Notes: generated by a model not told the origin, from the sequence alone. A stretch of 64,000 nt of DNA from Candidatus Magasanikiibacteriota bacterium (GCA_018652595.1 JABIBU010000022.1:50346-114345); one strand, 5' to 3'; positions 43,109 through 53,003 are shown, counted from the stretch's first letter. Translations and numbers: made by a program.

Positions 43109-43648
43109 CTAGCCCTTGACCCAGCTTTCTTCCTTAACGCCCTCTTGCTTATTCAGCCATCTACCTAAAACAAACAACAAATCACTTAACCGATTCAAAT
43201 ATTGTTTAATTAAATCATCAACTTCATATTTTTCTGACAATCCAATCATTACTCGCTCAGCTCGACGACAAACTGTTCGCGACTGATAACTTAGAGCCGC
43301 ACCCTCACAACCACCGGGCAAAATAAAATTATTAAGCTCTGGCAAATCTTTATTCATCTCATCAATCCAGTTTTCCAAATATTCTACATCTTCTTTTTTT
43401 AATTTTGGCAGACTATCCAAATCGGTCTGCAGGCCAGCAAGATTTGACCCAATAACAAAAAGCTTGTGCTGAACCTGAACTAACTTTTCCCCAACCTCAC
43501 TATCTAATTCTGCAATCAAAACACCCAAACCAGCATTGAGCTCATCCACCTCACCAATCGCTTCCATTTCCAAACAAGACTTGGAAATCCGTTTCCCACC
43601 AAGCATTGATGTCTCCCCCTTGTCTCCGGTTTTTGTGTAGATCTTCAC
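43109..43648 (-). CDS. pduO: cob(I)alamin adenosyltransferase, PduO type
   Basis: KIYTKTGDKGET, GEVDELN, FILPGG, RTVCRRAER, YLNRLSDLLF. Confidence 0.95.
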   Translation of the reverse strand: MKIYTKTGDKGETSMLGGKRISKSCLEMEAIGEVDELNAGLGVLIAELDSEVGEKLVQVQHKLFVIGSNLAGLQTDLDSLPKLKKEDVEYLENWIDEMNKDLPELNNFILPGGCEGAALSYQSRTVCRRAERVMIGLSEKYEVDDLIKQYLNRLSDLLFVLGRWLNKQEGVKEESWVKG

Positions 43649-43701
43649 AGAATTATAGATTATGAATTATAGATATTAAACCACATTTAAATAGTCATAG
43701 C

Positions 43702-43843
43702 AAGTCGCAGAAAAAACTTGGGGGTTTGGGGGTAAAACTGTTTGAGCCCCCACTCGCGTTGTAAATGATTATTTACTTAATAGCTATGGGGCGAGTTTTT
43801 TATCCCCAAAACTTTTTGTTGCTTTTTGGTTACAAAAAGTAAA
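43702..43843. repeat. degenerate MITE-like structured intergenic repeat
   Basis: Minus strand TTACTTTTTGTAACCAAAAAGCAACAAAAAG...AAACTCGC...GCTCAAACAG, a pattern I recognise as a widespread bacterial intergenic repeat. Confidence 0.45.
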
Positions 43844-43930
43844 GGCACTGATGTCGCTATACCCAAAACCCGACTTAGCTAGTCGGGCTTAATTTATTTA
43901 ATCCTAATGCGCCTACTGCGGTGCTAAAAG

Positions 43931-43958
43931 GGGTCCCTCGGCTGCGCTCGGGATGACA
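43931..43958. repeat. TGTCATCCCGAGCG-type palindromic repeat
   Basis: Reverse complement TGTCATCCCGAGCGCAGCCGAGGGACCC; related degenerate copies at about 8482 and about 21632-21677. Confidence 0.6.
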
Positions 43959-43969
43959 TTGGTGATTGA

Positions 43970-46900
43970 CTAACTACACCCCAAACTATCCCCACAATTC
44001 AAACACTTATAGCAAGTACCATTCCTAACGGTAACATGTCCACAAGTAGGACAAGCAGGAGCATCGCCCATCATCTCTGACAAGGCTGCGCTACTAGCAT
44101 CTTGTATAGCCTCTTCTTTTTCCATGGTTGGCAATGTGGCCTGATCCTGAACTTCACTAACTTCTACTTCTTCCTTTTTTTCTGGCAAATCCATCGTTTC
44201 TTGTGGAGCTGTGGTCTCTGCTAGTTTGGCAAGATTTTCGAATTTCTTTTTTTGAATTCCTTTTGGAAGAACTTGCACATAGTCTGTCCGTCCGAGATAC
44301 TCCATTCCCAAAACTTTGAAAACAAAATCTATTACAGAGGTGCAGCTCTTGATATTGGGATGATCTGTAAATCCACTAGGTTCAAACCTAGTAAACAAAA
44401 AGTTTTCTACATACTTTTCTAGTGGCACACCATATTGCAGCCCCATAGAAACAGAGATTGCAAACATATTTAGTGTACTTCTAAATCCAGCGCCTTCCTT
44501 GTACATGTCAATAAAGATTTCTGCTAGGCGTCCGTCTGGATATTCGCCAGTTCTAAGCCAAATTTGCTGAGTACCAATTTTGGCAGAGACGGTGATACCA
44601 CCACGCTTTGCTGGAACTTTTCTTTTTTCTCCGTGCAAATAAACTCTTCTCTCGGCCACCTCACCATCTTTACTGTATGATTCCATTGGTGTTTGAATCC
44701 CGACATGTTGACTCAAAATCTCACTAGCCTGTCTAATTGCGTCATCTTCATCATTTGTTTCCACCATTCTAGATACCTGAATTACTTCTTCTTTTTTTAC
44801 TACAACCTCTTCTTTTAGCTCTACCTTATCTTCTACCTCTTCTTTATCTTCATCACCTTTATTTTTTGAAGAAGTTGAGAGTGGTTGGCTCAATTTACAA
44901 CCATCACGATAAATTGCAACTGCCTTTAGAGCTAATTTCCAAGACTGTTCATAAGTATATTTTACATCTTCTAGGGTTGCCTCATTTGGCATATTAATAG
45001 TTTTGGAAATTGCACCGGACAAAAATGGTTGGACAGAAGCCATCATATTCACGTGGCCCATAAAGTGGATAAATCTTTCGCCTTTTTTACCATTTTTATT
45101 TGCAGTATCAAATACTGGGTAGTGCTCTTCTTTCAAATGTGGCGCACCCTCAACTGTCATAGATCCGCAAACATATTGGTTGGCCTCCTCGATCTGCTCT
45201 TCTGTATAACCCATGGCTTTTAGCATATTAAAGTCAGGGGCATTATATTCTTCTGTCTTAAATCCAACTCGTTTCATACAATCTTCTCCCAAAGTCCAAA
45301 CATTGAAAGCAAACTTAATTTCAAAAGCACCTTTTAGAGCTTTATTTAGACTAACAATATCTCCATCGTTAAATCCTTTGGCTTTCAAGCTCTCTGCGCT
45401 AACATGTGGAGAACTTGTTATGTCAGCCGTACCTTTGGCGTAGTCTAAAATACCCCCTATCTCCTCATCGCTGTATTCTAGATTTTCTAGCGCCAATGGC
45501 ATTGCTTCGTTTGCAATACGAAAGTATCCGCCACCTGCCAATTTTTTAAACTTTACTAGTGCAAAATCTGGCTCTACTCCTGTAGTCGCACAGTCCATAA
45601 GTAAACCAATTGTTCCAGTTGGTGCAAGTAGTGTAGTCTGAGCATTGCGATACCCATACTTTTCACCCATAGACAGAGCATCATTCCAAGATTCACGAGT
45701 AGCAGCTAGTAAATAGGCAGGAGCATGCTGAGGATCAATACCAACTGGCATCACTGTCAATTTTTCATACTCACTATTATCAGCATTGAACGCTGCTCTA
45801 CGATGATTACGCATTACTCGAAGCATATCTTCGCGATTGTATTCAAACTTTGGAAATGGACCAAGCAATCTAGACATCTCAGCACTGGTCTTGTAAGACT
45901 CGGCTGTCATAAGAGATGTAATAGAACCAGCAAAAGCACAGGCTTCTTCTGACTCATAAGGAATGCCATTCATCATAAGCACAGAACCAAGGTTGGCATA
46001 GCCAAGACCTAGTGTTCTAAAATCATAACTACCTTGAGCAATTTCTTCACTTGGGAATTGCGCCATGAGAATACTAACTTCTAAAACAGTAGTGACGAGT
46101 CTAGTAGCATGTTTGAACTGTTCTATTTCAAAATTTCTATTTTTTACATCAAAAAACTTGAGCAAATTGAAAGATGCCAAATTACATGCGGTGTCATCCA
46201 AAAACATATATTCGCTACATGGATTGGAAGCATTGATTCTGCCTGACTGAGGACAAGTATGCCAGTCGTTGATAGTACCATCAAACTGAATACCTGGATC
46301 AGCACAAGCCCAAGCTGCATAAGAAACTCTTTCCCACAGGTCTTTGGCTTTCATTTTTTTACAAGTACTACCGTCAGTTCGCCAAGTAAGATTCCAAGAA
46401 CCATCATTTTTTACTGATTCCATAAACTTATGTGGCACACGGACAGAGTTGTTGGAGTTTTGACCAGAAACTGTTTGGTATGCTTCCCCCTCATAGTCTG
46501 ATGCATAACCAGCGGCAATCAGAGCTGCGACTTTTTTTTCTTCTTTTACTTTCCACCCTACAAATTCTTCAATATCAGGATGGTCCATGTCGAGCACAAC
46601 CATTTTTGCCGCACGTCTGGTAGTACCACCGGATTTTATAGCTCCGGCGGCTCTATCGCCAATTTTGAGCCAACTCATAAGCCCTGATGATTGACCACCA
46701 CCCGACAGTGACTCACCAGATCCACGAAGTCCTGAAAAATTAGTGCCCGTACCAGAGCCGTATTTGAAAAGACGCGCTTCCCTAACCCACAAATCCATAA
46801 TACCACCTTCGTTTACCAAATCGTCTTTGATAGATTGTATGAAACAAGCATGTGGTTGAGGATGAGTATAAGCATCTTTGGCTTTTGTCATGACTCCGGT

Positions 46901-47479
46901 GTCAGGATCTACATAATGGTGACCTTGGGGACTACTGTTGATGCCGTAAGCCCAATTGAGTCCAGTATTAAACCACTGCGGAGAATTTGGCGCCACCATC
47001 TGTTTGAGATGCATTACCACCAACTCATCATAAAAAATCTCTGCATCCTCTGCACTAGCAAAGTAGCCATATTTTTCTCCCCAATAACGCCAAGTACCCA
47101 CTAGACGATGAATGGTTTGTTTGGTGCTAGTCTCGGGTCCAAGCACGGGCGACCCATCCACTTTTAATTTTGGGTTACCTCTATCATCATATTGGGGCAC
47201 ACCTGTTTTTCTAAAATATTTTTGAGCAATAATATCAGTTGCCACTTGCGACCACTCTTTTGGGATCTCAATATCTTTCATTTCAAACACAACTGTACCA
47301 TCTGGCTCACGAATGATAGATAATCGCTTTTCATACTCCACTGAATCATATGGACTTTGTCCTTCTTTGCTAAAAACACGCTTAAAACGTAGGCCATTTT
47401 CAGTATTATACTTGAAGTTTGTATCTGTCTCTTGGCCAAGATGTAAATCTTGAATCAATTTGGAATCAGTCGGCCCCAT
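43970..47479 (-). CDS. nrdJ: vitamin B12-dependent (class II) ribonucleotide reductase with C-terminal TSCPD/Zn-ribbon domain
   Basis: PNSPQWFN, HACFI, GGTTRRAA, ASNPCSE, APTGTI, GAISKT, CPTC..CYKCLNCG..GCS. Confidence 0.95.
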   Translation of the reverse strand: MGPTDSKLIQDLHLGQETDTNFKYNTENGLRFKRVFSKEGQSPYDSVEYEKRLSIIREPDGTVVFEMKDIEIPKEWSQVATDIIAQKYFRKTGVPQYDDRGNPKLKVDGSPVLGPETSTKQTIHRLVGTWRYWGEKYGYFASAEDAEIFYDELVVMHLKQMVAPNSPQWFNTGLNWAYGINSSPQGHHYVDPDTGVMTKAKDAYTHPQPHACFIQSIKDDLVNEGGIMDLWVREARLFKYGSGTGTNFSGLRGSGESLSGGGQSSGLMSWLKIGDRAAGAIKSGGTTRRAAKMVVLDMDHPDIEEFVGWKVKEEKKVAALIAAGYASDYEGEAYQTVSGQNSNNSVRVPHKFMESVKNDGSWNLTWRTDGSTCKKMKAKDLWERVSYAAWACADPGIQFDGTINDWHTCPQSGRINASNPCSEYMFLDDTACNLASFNLLKFFDVKNRNFEIEQFKHATRLVTTVLEVSILMAQFPSEEIAQGSYDFRTLGLGYANLGSVLMMNGIPYESEEACAFAGSITSLMTAESYKTSAEMSRLLGPFPKFEYNREDMLRVMRNHRRAAFNADNSEYEKLTVMPVGIDPQHAPAYLLAATRESWNDALSMGEKYGYRNAQTTLLAPTGTIGLLMDCATTGVEPDFALVKFKKLAGGGYFRIANEAMPLALENLEYSDEEIGGILDYAKGTADITSSPHVSAESLKAKGFNDGDIVSLNKALKGAFEIKFAFNVWTLGEDCMKRVGFKTEEYNAPDFNMLKAMGYTEEQIEEANQYVCGSMTVEGAPHLKEEHYPVFDTANKNGKKGERFIHFMGHVNMMASVQPFLSGAISKTINMPNEATLEDVKYTYEQSWKLALKAVAIYRDGCKLSQPLSTSSKNKGDEDKEEVEDKVELKEEVVVKKEEVIQVSRMVETNDEDDAIRQASEILSQHVGIQTPMESYSKDGEVAERRVYLHGEKRKVPAKRGGITVSAKIGTQQIWLRTGEYPDGRLAEIFIDMYKEGAGFRSTLNMFAISVSMGLQYGVPLEKYVENFLFTRFEPSGFTDHPNIKSCTSVIDFVFKVLGMEYLGRTDYVQVLPKGIQKKKFENLAKLAETTAPQETMDLPEKKEEVEVSEVQDQATLPTMEKEEAIQDASSAALSEMMGDAPACPTCGHVTVRNGTCYKCLNCGDSLGCS

Positions 47480-47623
47480 AGATTTATATTATTAAAAAAA
47501 TTTATAATTAGTTAATCTGAAAGCTTATTTTATCAGTTATTTTCTATTACCACAAGCACACCACAAAGCGATAAAAAAACGCCTCTAAAAAATATAAAAT
47601 GGCGCCTTTCAAAAATCATCGTA

Positions 47624-47672
47624 GTACAACATGTAGTGTTTGATTTCTTTTTCAAACCACTACATCTTGTGT
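47624..47672. promoter_or_regulatory. tandem NrdR boxes
   Basis: gtaCAAcATgTAGtgt (47624-47639) and ccaCTAcATcTTGtgt (47657-47672), about 3 helical turns apart, upstream of nrdJ. Confidence 0.75.
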
Positions 47673-47805
47673 TTAAAACAGGCTAAGCATATTATAGCAT
47701 ATATACAAACCAACCACCAAATAATTGTCGCGACACTATATTTTTGGCTTGGCTAAGCCGTGGTATGATGTTTGCACAAGCTTAAAACACAGCTTATCAA
47801 GTTAG

Positions 47806-47814
47806 TTATCCACA
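47806..47814 (+). promoter_or_regulatory. perfect DnaA box
   Basis: TTATCCACA in the nrdJ/ruvB intergenic region. Confidence 0.4.
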
Positions 47815-47898
47815 GCACACCATTCACGAAGCCACAATGCACTTCAGGCAATGTAAAAAGTTGTCAAAAAAGCTCAAAAAAGGTACAATACAGCTACT

Positions 47899-48951
47899 AT
47901 GACTGAAGAATTTTATAAGTTAGACGAAGATCTAAATCCTCGTCTAGTTGACCCAAAAGAACAAGCTGAAGAGGAAGTAATAGAAATAACACTTAGACCA
48001 CAAACCTTGGGTGAATTTGTTGGACAAAAACAAATAAAGGCGCCACTAAATATCTCGATCGAAGCCGCAAAGAAACGTAGTGAGCCAATTGAACATGTCT
48101 TGCTCTACGGCAATCCTGGGCTTGGAAAAACTACTCTGGCCAATATTATCGCCAAAGAAATGGGAACCAACATAAAGATAACCGCTGGACCAGCCCTAGA
48201 GAGAGTGGGTGATCTGGCTGCAATTTTATCAAATCTAGAAGAAGGTGATGTTTTGTTTATTGACGAAATTCACCGAATGAACAAAACTATTGAAGAGGTT
48301 TTATATTCTGCCATGGAAGATTTTGCTATTGATTTGATACTTGGAAAAGGTCCAGCTGCCAGAACAATGCGCATGCCACTAGACAAATTTACTTTGATCG
48401 GCGCGACTACTAAAATGAGTTTATTATCGGGGCCACTAAGAGATAGATTTGGACATGTATTTCATCTTAACTTCTACGAACACAGTGATATTGAAAAAAT
48501 AGTTACTCGTAATGCAAAAATTTTGAGTCTAGACGCTCATCCAGAAGCTTGCGAAGTGATTTCCAAACGTGCCAGAAGGACTCCTAGAGTGGCCAACAGA
48601 CTTTTAAAACGTGTCAGGGACTTTGCTGAAGTCAAATTTGATGGTAAAATAGATAAGGACATTACTCACCAAGCGCTGGAGATGCTAAGCATAGATGAAC
48701 ACGGTCTTGATGAAGTGGATAAAAAAATTCTAACTGCAATAATAGAAAAATTTGAAGGTGGTCCAGTAGGCCTAAATACTTTGGCTGCAGCAGTAGCAGA
48801 AGAAATGGATACCATAGAAAGCATCTACGAACCATACCTATTACAGACCGGGATGATCGAACGAACACCACGCGGCAGAAAAGCGACCAAGCTGGCCTAT
48901 GAACACCTAGGAATAAAGCTAAACAAAAAACAACAAGAAGGACTACTCTAA
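47899..48951 (+). CDS. ruvB: Holliday junction helicase RuvB
   Basis: LRPQTL.EFVGQ, GNPGLGKTT, FIDEIHR, LRDRFG, TPRVANRLL. Confidence 0.98.
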   Translation: MTEEFYKLDEDLNPRLVDPKEQAEEEVIEITLRPQTLGEFVGQKQIKAPLNISIEAAKKRSEPIEHVLLYGNPGLGKTTLANIIAKEMGTNIKITAGPALERVGDLAAILSNLEEGDVLFIDEIHRMNKTIEEVLYSAMEDFAIDLILGKGPAARTMRMPLDKFTLIGATTKMSLLSGPLRDRFGHVFHLNFYEHSDIEKIVTRNAKILSLDAHPEACEVISKRARRTPRVANRLLKRVRDFAEVKFDGKIDKDITHQALEMLSIDEHGLDEVDKKILTAIIEKFEGGPVGLNTLAAAVAEEMDTIESIYEPYLLQTGMIERTPRGRKATKLAYEHLGIKLNKKQQEGLL

Positions 48952-48960
48952 CTTATACAT

Positions 48961-49221
48961 ATGCTAACAATCCCACTATATACTTTCCTCTTCCTCTACT
49001 TGATCTTCCTAGTAGTCTTTGTGGCTTTTGCTATTATGAATTTTTATCATATTATCATGACTGCTTCTTTTACCCTAGCAAGTTTTATTATTACTTTTTT
49101 TACCTTTACACTTACAATTTTGACCCTATACTTCACATGGCAAGTAATAAGTATGGCAAATTGGCAAGCTGAGGTGCTATTATTTAATACTGAATGGCTG
49201 ACTGGGTCAGTAATTTTTTAA
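48961..49221 (+). CDS. small membrane protein
   Basis: Two hydrophobic helices. Confidence 0.65.
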   Translation: MLTIPLYTFLFLYLIFLVVFVAFAIMNFYHIIMTASFTLASFIITFFTFTLTILTLYFTWQVISMANWQAEVLLFNTEWLTGSVIF

Positions 49222-49226
49222 GGCCT

Positions 49227-49763
49227 ATGCAAATCTCCCATTTAATAAAACAAAAAGCTTACGAAAAAATAGAGTATCTGTTACGCAGGCATCCTATTAC
49301 TTTTATACCTATTTTATCTTTGTTTATAGTGCTGTGCCTAGTTCCAGTAGCCTTGTATTTCTTGATAACTTTTATCTACCCACAGATTCTAGTCGGCCCT
49401 ATCTCTTTTCCACTCCTAGCCCTATTTGCTAGTCTATACTACCTAAGTATTTACTTATTTTTTTACGCACAATTTATAGACTTTTATCTGGATCTCTGGA
49501 TTGTAACAAATGATAGAATTGTAGACATAGAACAATTTGGGCTTTTTTCAAGGACAACATCCGAGCTAGATCTTTATAGAATCCAAGATGTGTCTGTACA
49601 TGTCACAGGATTTTTCCCCACAATATTCAAATATGGAAACATACACATAAAAACTGCCTCTAGTAATAGCGATATTGTCTTTAGAAATGTTCCCAATCCA
49701 AATCAGGTACGACAGGGGTTGATACAACTGTCAGAACAAGATTTGAAATTTCATCATACATAA
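49227..49763 (+). CDS. membrane protein with bacterial PH domain
   Basis: WIVTNDRIVDIEQ.GLF, RIQDVSV, YGNIHIKTA. Confidence 0.85.
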   Translation: MQISHLIKQKAYEKIEYLLRRHPITFIPILSLFIVLCLVPVALYFLITFIYPQILVGPISFPLLALFASLYYLSIYLFFYAQFIDFYLDLWIVTNDRIVDIEQFGLFSRTTSELDLYRIQDVSVHVTGFFPTIFKYGNIHIKTASSNSDIVFRNVPNPNQVRQGLIQLSEQDLKFHHT

Positions 49764-49771
49764 ACCAGCCG

Positions 49772-49813
49772 TAAGTTATAAGCTGTAAGCTGTAAGCTGT
49801 AAGCCATAAGTAT
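49772..49813. repeat. 7-bp tandem repeat (TAAGCTG)n, 6 units
   Basis: taagtta taagctg taagctg taagctg taagcca taagtat. Confidence 0.8.
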
Positions 49814-49814
49814 T

Positions 49815-50114
49815 ATGCACAACCTGTCTTTGTGGTTCACAAATCTATCGCTCCAAACACAATTTTTAATTATATATTTAATTGTGATAAACATTATCAC
49901 TTTTTTTTATTTTGGATTAGACAAATTGAAATCTCAACTACAACATCGCCGTATTAGTGAAAAAATTCTGTGGATTTTATCTGCAGTCGGAGGATCAGTC
50001 GGGGCGCTACTAGCAATGAACTTCTTTCGTCACAAGACCAAAAAACTATCTTTTCAGGCGGGCATTGCCATGATTTTGGCTGGGCAGATATTGATTGTTT
50101 TGTTTTTGATTTAA
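49815..50114 (+). CDS. DUF1294 family membrane protein
   Basis: GLDK, RISEK.L, GGSVGA, FRHKTKK. Confidence 0.9.
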   Translation: MHNLSLWFTNLSLQTQFLIIYLIVINIITFFYFGLDKLKSQLQHRRISEKILWILSAVGGSVGALLAMNFFRHKTKKLSFQAGIAMILAGQILIVLFLI

Positions 50115-50183
50115 AAATTTTAATAATAAAAAACAATCCTCTCATGGGATTGTTTTTTATTATGTGTATTTTGTATCGTGTAA

Positions 50184-50750
50184 TTATTCCCCCGCCCTAC
50201 AACTATAGTCTCCAGTCTCAGTATTCACTAGAATCTCTTCGCCTTCTTTTATAAAAATCGGGGCATGAATCTTTAGTCCATTATCAAGTCCAATTTCTTT
50301 TGTTACATTGCCACTGGCAGTATCACCTCTTACTGCCGGAGGTGAATCTACCACCTTATATTGCACCTTCTTTGGTAGCTCAATCGCCACCACACCACCT
50401 TCGTGCATTAAGGCAATTACTTCTAGACCTTCTTTTAAATATTTTGCGTCATCACCCACAATACCAGAGTTAACTTCCAAGGTCTCATAATTATCATTAT
50501 TCATAAAAGAATACATCCCACCACTTTCATATAAATATTGTAAATTTTGTCTATCAACTCTCACATTATCTATTGACTCACCAGACTTATAGGTGATCTC
50601 AACAGTCTTGCCAGTAGATATGCTTTTTAGTTTAGCCTTTGTAAAAGCTTTTCCCTTACCAGGATTGGTAAACTGAAAAGTGGTGACCACAAACAGATCC
50701 CCATTACGACGAATCACTGCTCCTTTTTTTATATCAGTTGTATCTCCCAT
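50184..50750 (-). CDS. efp: elongation factor P
   Basis: NPGKGKAF, QYLY, VRGDTA, PIFIKEGE; start MGDTT. Confidence 0.96.
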   Translation of the reverse strand: MGDTTDIKKGAVIRRNGDLFVVTTFQFTNPGKGKAFTKAKLKSISTGKTVEITYKSGESIDNVRVDRQNLQYLYESGGMYSFMNNDNYETLEVNSGIVGDDAKYLKEGLEVIALMHEGGVVAIELPKKVQYKVVDSPPAVRGDTASGNVTKEIGLDNGLKIHAPIFIKEGEEILVNTETGDYSCRAGE

Positions 50751-50892
50751 ATTTTTATATTTTAATGTAAAGCCCAATTATAGTAACATACCATCAATAT
50801 TTTGACAACAATAAAACTACCCACTCCTACTTCTAATCCAAAAAGATTGAACCAAAAGTAGTTTCGGGTAGCCTCATTATAAATTCCCTCCG

Positions 50893-51189
50893 CTACCTTT
50901 TTCTCCCAAACAACCGAGAGAAAAACCCACCCTCATCGCCCTCGTCGGGTTGTTCTAAATTGTACTTGCAATCTCCAGCATCTTTTTTTGGGCAAGCAGT
51001 GGTCATGCGAGACAGCTCGGCGGGCCTGGTGCCCTTTTTGCAATTACTGCATACTCCAAAAACATCACACCTACTGCCCCTAGCAATGACATGGCATTCT
51101 ACTACTTTGAATACCTGTGAGGAATTGCATTTGGGACACACTGTCTTAAATTCTCTAGCCCCAACTTGGGACTTCTTGTCTTCTGGCAT
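50893..51189 (-). CDS. small Zn-ribbon hypothetical protein (orphan)
   Basis: CPKC...CSNC plus extra Cys residues; G-run SD before ATG 51189. Confidence 0.6.
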   Translation of the reverse strand: MPEDKKSQVGAREFKTVCPKCNSSQVFKVVECHVIARGSRCDVFGVCSNCKKGTRPAELSRMTTACPKKDAGDCKYNLEQPDEGDEGGFFSRLFGRKR

Positions 51190-51509
51190 ATCCCCCCCCT
51201 TTTTTTTGTGCGAGTAATTATATATACAGTAAAACATGTATTATACAAAAAGTCAACACAAAGCAAAAACCCGCCTTAACAGACGAGTTTTGCCATACAG
51301 TATTTGGGCACCTTCAGTATTTCTGAATTAAACCCACGATTATTATACACTATTTGCAAAAATCATGCAAAATAGCTGTGGATTACTCTGAAACAGAGTA
51401 ACCTTGAGCTGGATAAAATCCAACATTAGAGACATTATACAAGAGATGTGTTTTTTTGTCAACAGAGTTGACAATGTTGATAATTTAATGTAAAATAATG
51501 TTCAGTTAT

Positions 51510-51581
51510 GCGGGTATGGTATAATGGTTATTATCTCAGTTTTCCAAACTGATGATACGGGTTCGATTCCCGTTACCCGCT
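51510..51581 (+). tRNA. tRNA-Gly(TCC)
   Basis: GCGGGTA/TACCCGC acceptor stem, TCAGT-TTTCCAA-ACTGA; TTGACA-17-TAAAAT promoter. Confidence 0.95.
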
Positions 51582-51637
51582 CTACACCTTGACATTTTGT
51601 CTAGGGTTTGATATAATTATCAACACAATTTACATAT

Positions 51638-51710
51638 CGCGGGGTAGAGCAATTGGCAGCTCGTTGGGCCCATAACCCAAAGGTTCTCGGTTCAAGTCCG
51701 AGCCCCGCAA
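51638..51710 (+). tRNA. initiator tRNA-fMet(CAT)
   Basis: C1:A72 mismatch; three G-C pairs closing the anticodon stem; loop CCCATAA. Confidence 0.95.
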
Positions 51711-51716
51711 CAAAGT

Positions 51717-51790
51717 GCGGTAGTAGTTCAGTTGGCTAGAACGTCTCCTTGCCAAGGAGAAGGTCGCCAGTTCGAGTCTGGTCTACCGCT
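51717..51790 (+). tRNA. tRNA-Gly(GCC)
   Basis: TCTCC-TTGCCAA-GGAGA; U73. Confidence 0.95.
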
Positions 51791-51918
51791 CACAAAAAAA
51801 ACATCGCTAAAAAATAGCGATGTTTTTTTATACATTTTTTACCATACACTACTTTACAAAATCATACACATATGGTAACTTTATGTTATCTACCACAACA
51901 AACCTGAAGAGGGAAGAT

Positions 51919-52128
51919 ATGCCATGGAACAGAGAATTACCACTTACAGTGGGAACAAAGGTACTCCGTGATGTCAACGGAAAAACAGGAACAATAAAGA
52001 AGTTGGTCAGGAAGAAAGATGGGAGCATCACCAGAATTGTAATATTGATGGACGGAATGAGGATAGATCTAAATTTCCGTAGCGTCGCCTTTATGGCAGA
52101 CTTCTCGATAGCCCCCGAAAAAGTATAG
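51919..52128 (+). CDS. small hypothetical protein (69 aa, SH3/KOW-like)
   Basis: MPWNRELPLTVGTKV...GKTGTIKK; GAGGG SD. Confidence 0.6.
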   Translation: MPWNRELPLTVGTKVLRDVNGKTGTIKKLVRKKDGSITRIVILMDGMRIDLNFRSVAFMADFSIAPEKV

Positions 52129-52169
52129 TGCCCCAACCTCTCTCGCATGCTTATACATTGTGCGGTAGG

Positions 52170-52246
52170 CTAAAAACAACCCCATGCCTACTTAAATTCT
52201 AATATTACTTTAGAATTTGAGTAGGGAGGATAGGGGTTGTTTTTAG
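52170..52246. other. long two-stem inverted repeat
   Basis: 14-bp perfect outer stem and 16-bp inner stem with one G-U pair. Confidence 0.75.
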
Positions 52247-52345
52247 TTTATATTAATTCTAAAATCACAGTTATCATGCTCACAAAAACCCCTCTTACTT
52301 AAGATGGGGTTTTGTATAAAAATAAAAAATGTCTTACATCATGTT

Positions 52346-52774
52346 CTATCTTCTTTTGCCTTTGGTCCACTTATTGTCATTAAACATCAAAACTACCAAA
52401 AGTAAGAATGTAAAAATAATTGCCTCACCATACCAACCAATACCAACTGCCATACCAATCGCAGACACTGCCCAAAGCCCGGCAGCAGTAGTTAGGCCTT
52501 CTATTGTACCTCCATCTTTGTGTATAATAATACCAGCCCCCAAAAAACCAATACCGGTTAAAATCTGCGCTGCAACCCTAGTTGGTTCACCATTAGCAAA
52601 ACCATACAGAGACATCATGGTAAAAAGTGCAGCACCCGCCGCTACCAAACCATAGGTTCTAGGGCCTGCTGACTTACCAATGTGCTCTCTTTGCCATCCT
52701 AAAATCCCACCAAGGAATAAGGCTAATAATATTTGTCCGGCAAAAATTAAATAGTTTAAGATTGCTGTCTCCAT
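52346..52774 (-). CDS. MgtC/SapB family protein
   Basis: GWQRE..KSAGPRT, RVAAQILTGIGFLGAG, GLTTAA. Confidence 0.93.
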   Translation of the reverse strand: METAILNYLIFAGQILLALFLGGILGWQREHIGKSAGPRTYGLVAAGAALFTMMSLYGFANGEPTRVAAQILTGIGFLGAGIIIHKDGGTIEGLTTAAGLWAVSAIGMAVGIGWYGEAIIFTFLLLVVLMFNDNKWTKGKRR

Positions 52775-52904
52775 ATTTTTTTAATTAATTTTTAAGACTC
52801 TCTATATTTTACCATAAAAAAGATATAATTCACACATCATCAACACTTACACCACAGATAACTTGACTTTTTATAGCCGATTTGATATAATTATCTCGTT
52901 TTAT

Positions 52905-52978
52905 GGGCCTGTAGCTCAGCTGGTTAGAGCACCTGCTTTGCAAGCAGGGGGTCAGGAGTTCGAATCTCCTCAGGTCCA
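52905..52978 (+). tRNA. tRNA-Ala(TGC)
   Basis: G3:U70 pair; CCTGC-TTTGCAA-GCAGG. Confidence 0.96.
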
Positions 52979-53003
52979 CAAAAGTCTAAAATAAAAACAA
53001 AAA

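Noticed and set aside
42977-43168. 63-aa ORF from the track
   Set aside because: It is the antisense shadow of tRNA-Leu; the other short track ORFs overlapping long genes were likewise treated as shadows
43650-43960. Cobalamin riboswitch upstream of pduO
   Set aside because: No B12-box or GGGAA/GCAACTG core is visible; the region is better explained by repeats and a terminator
43970-47479. Intein in NrdJ, GyrA or RecA
   Set aside because: No C...HN splice motifs or LAGLIDADG blocks; lengths fit the intein-free families
47480-47898. Replication origin
   Set aside because: Only one perfect DnaA box and no dnaA/dnaN nearby; the region is explained by divergent promoters and NrdR boxes
49772-49813. 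CRISPR array
   Set aside because: It is a 7-bp tandem repeat without spacers; no cas genes or repeat-spacer arrays occur in the window
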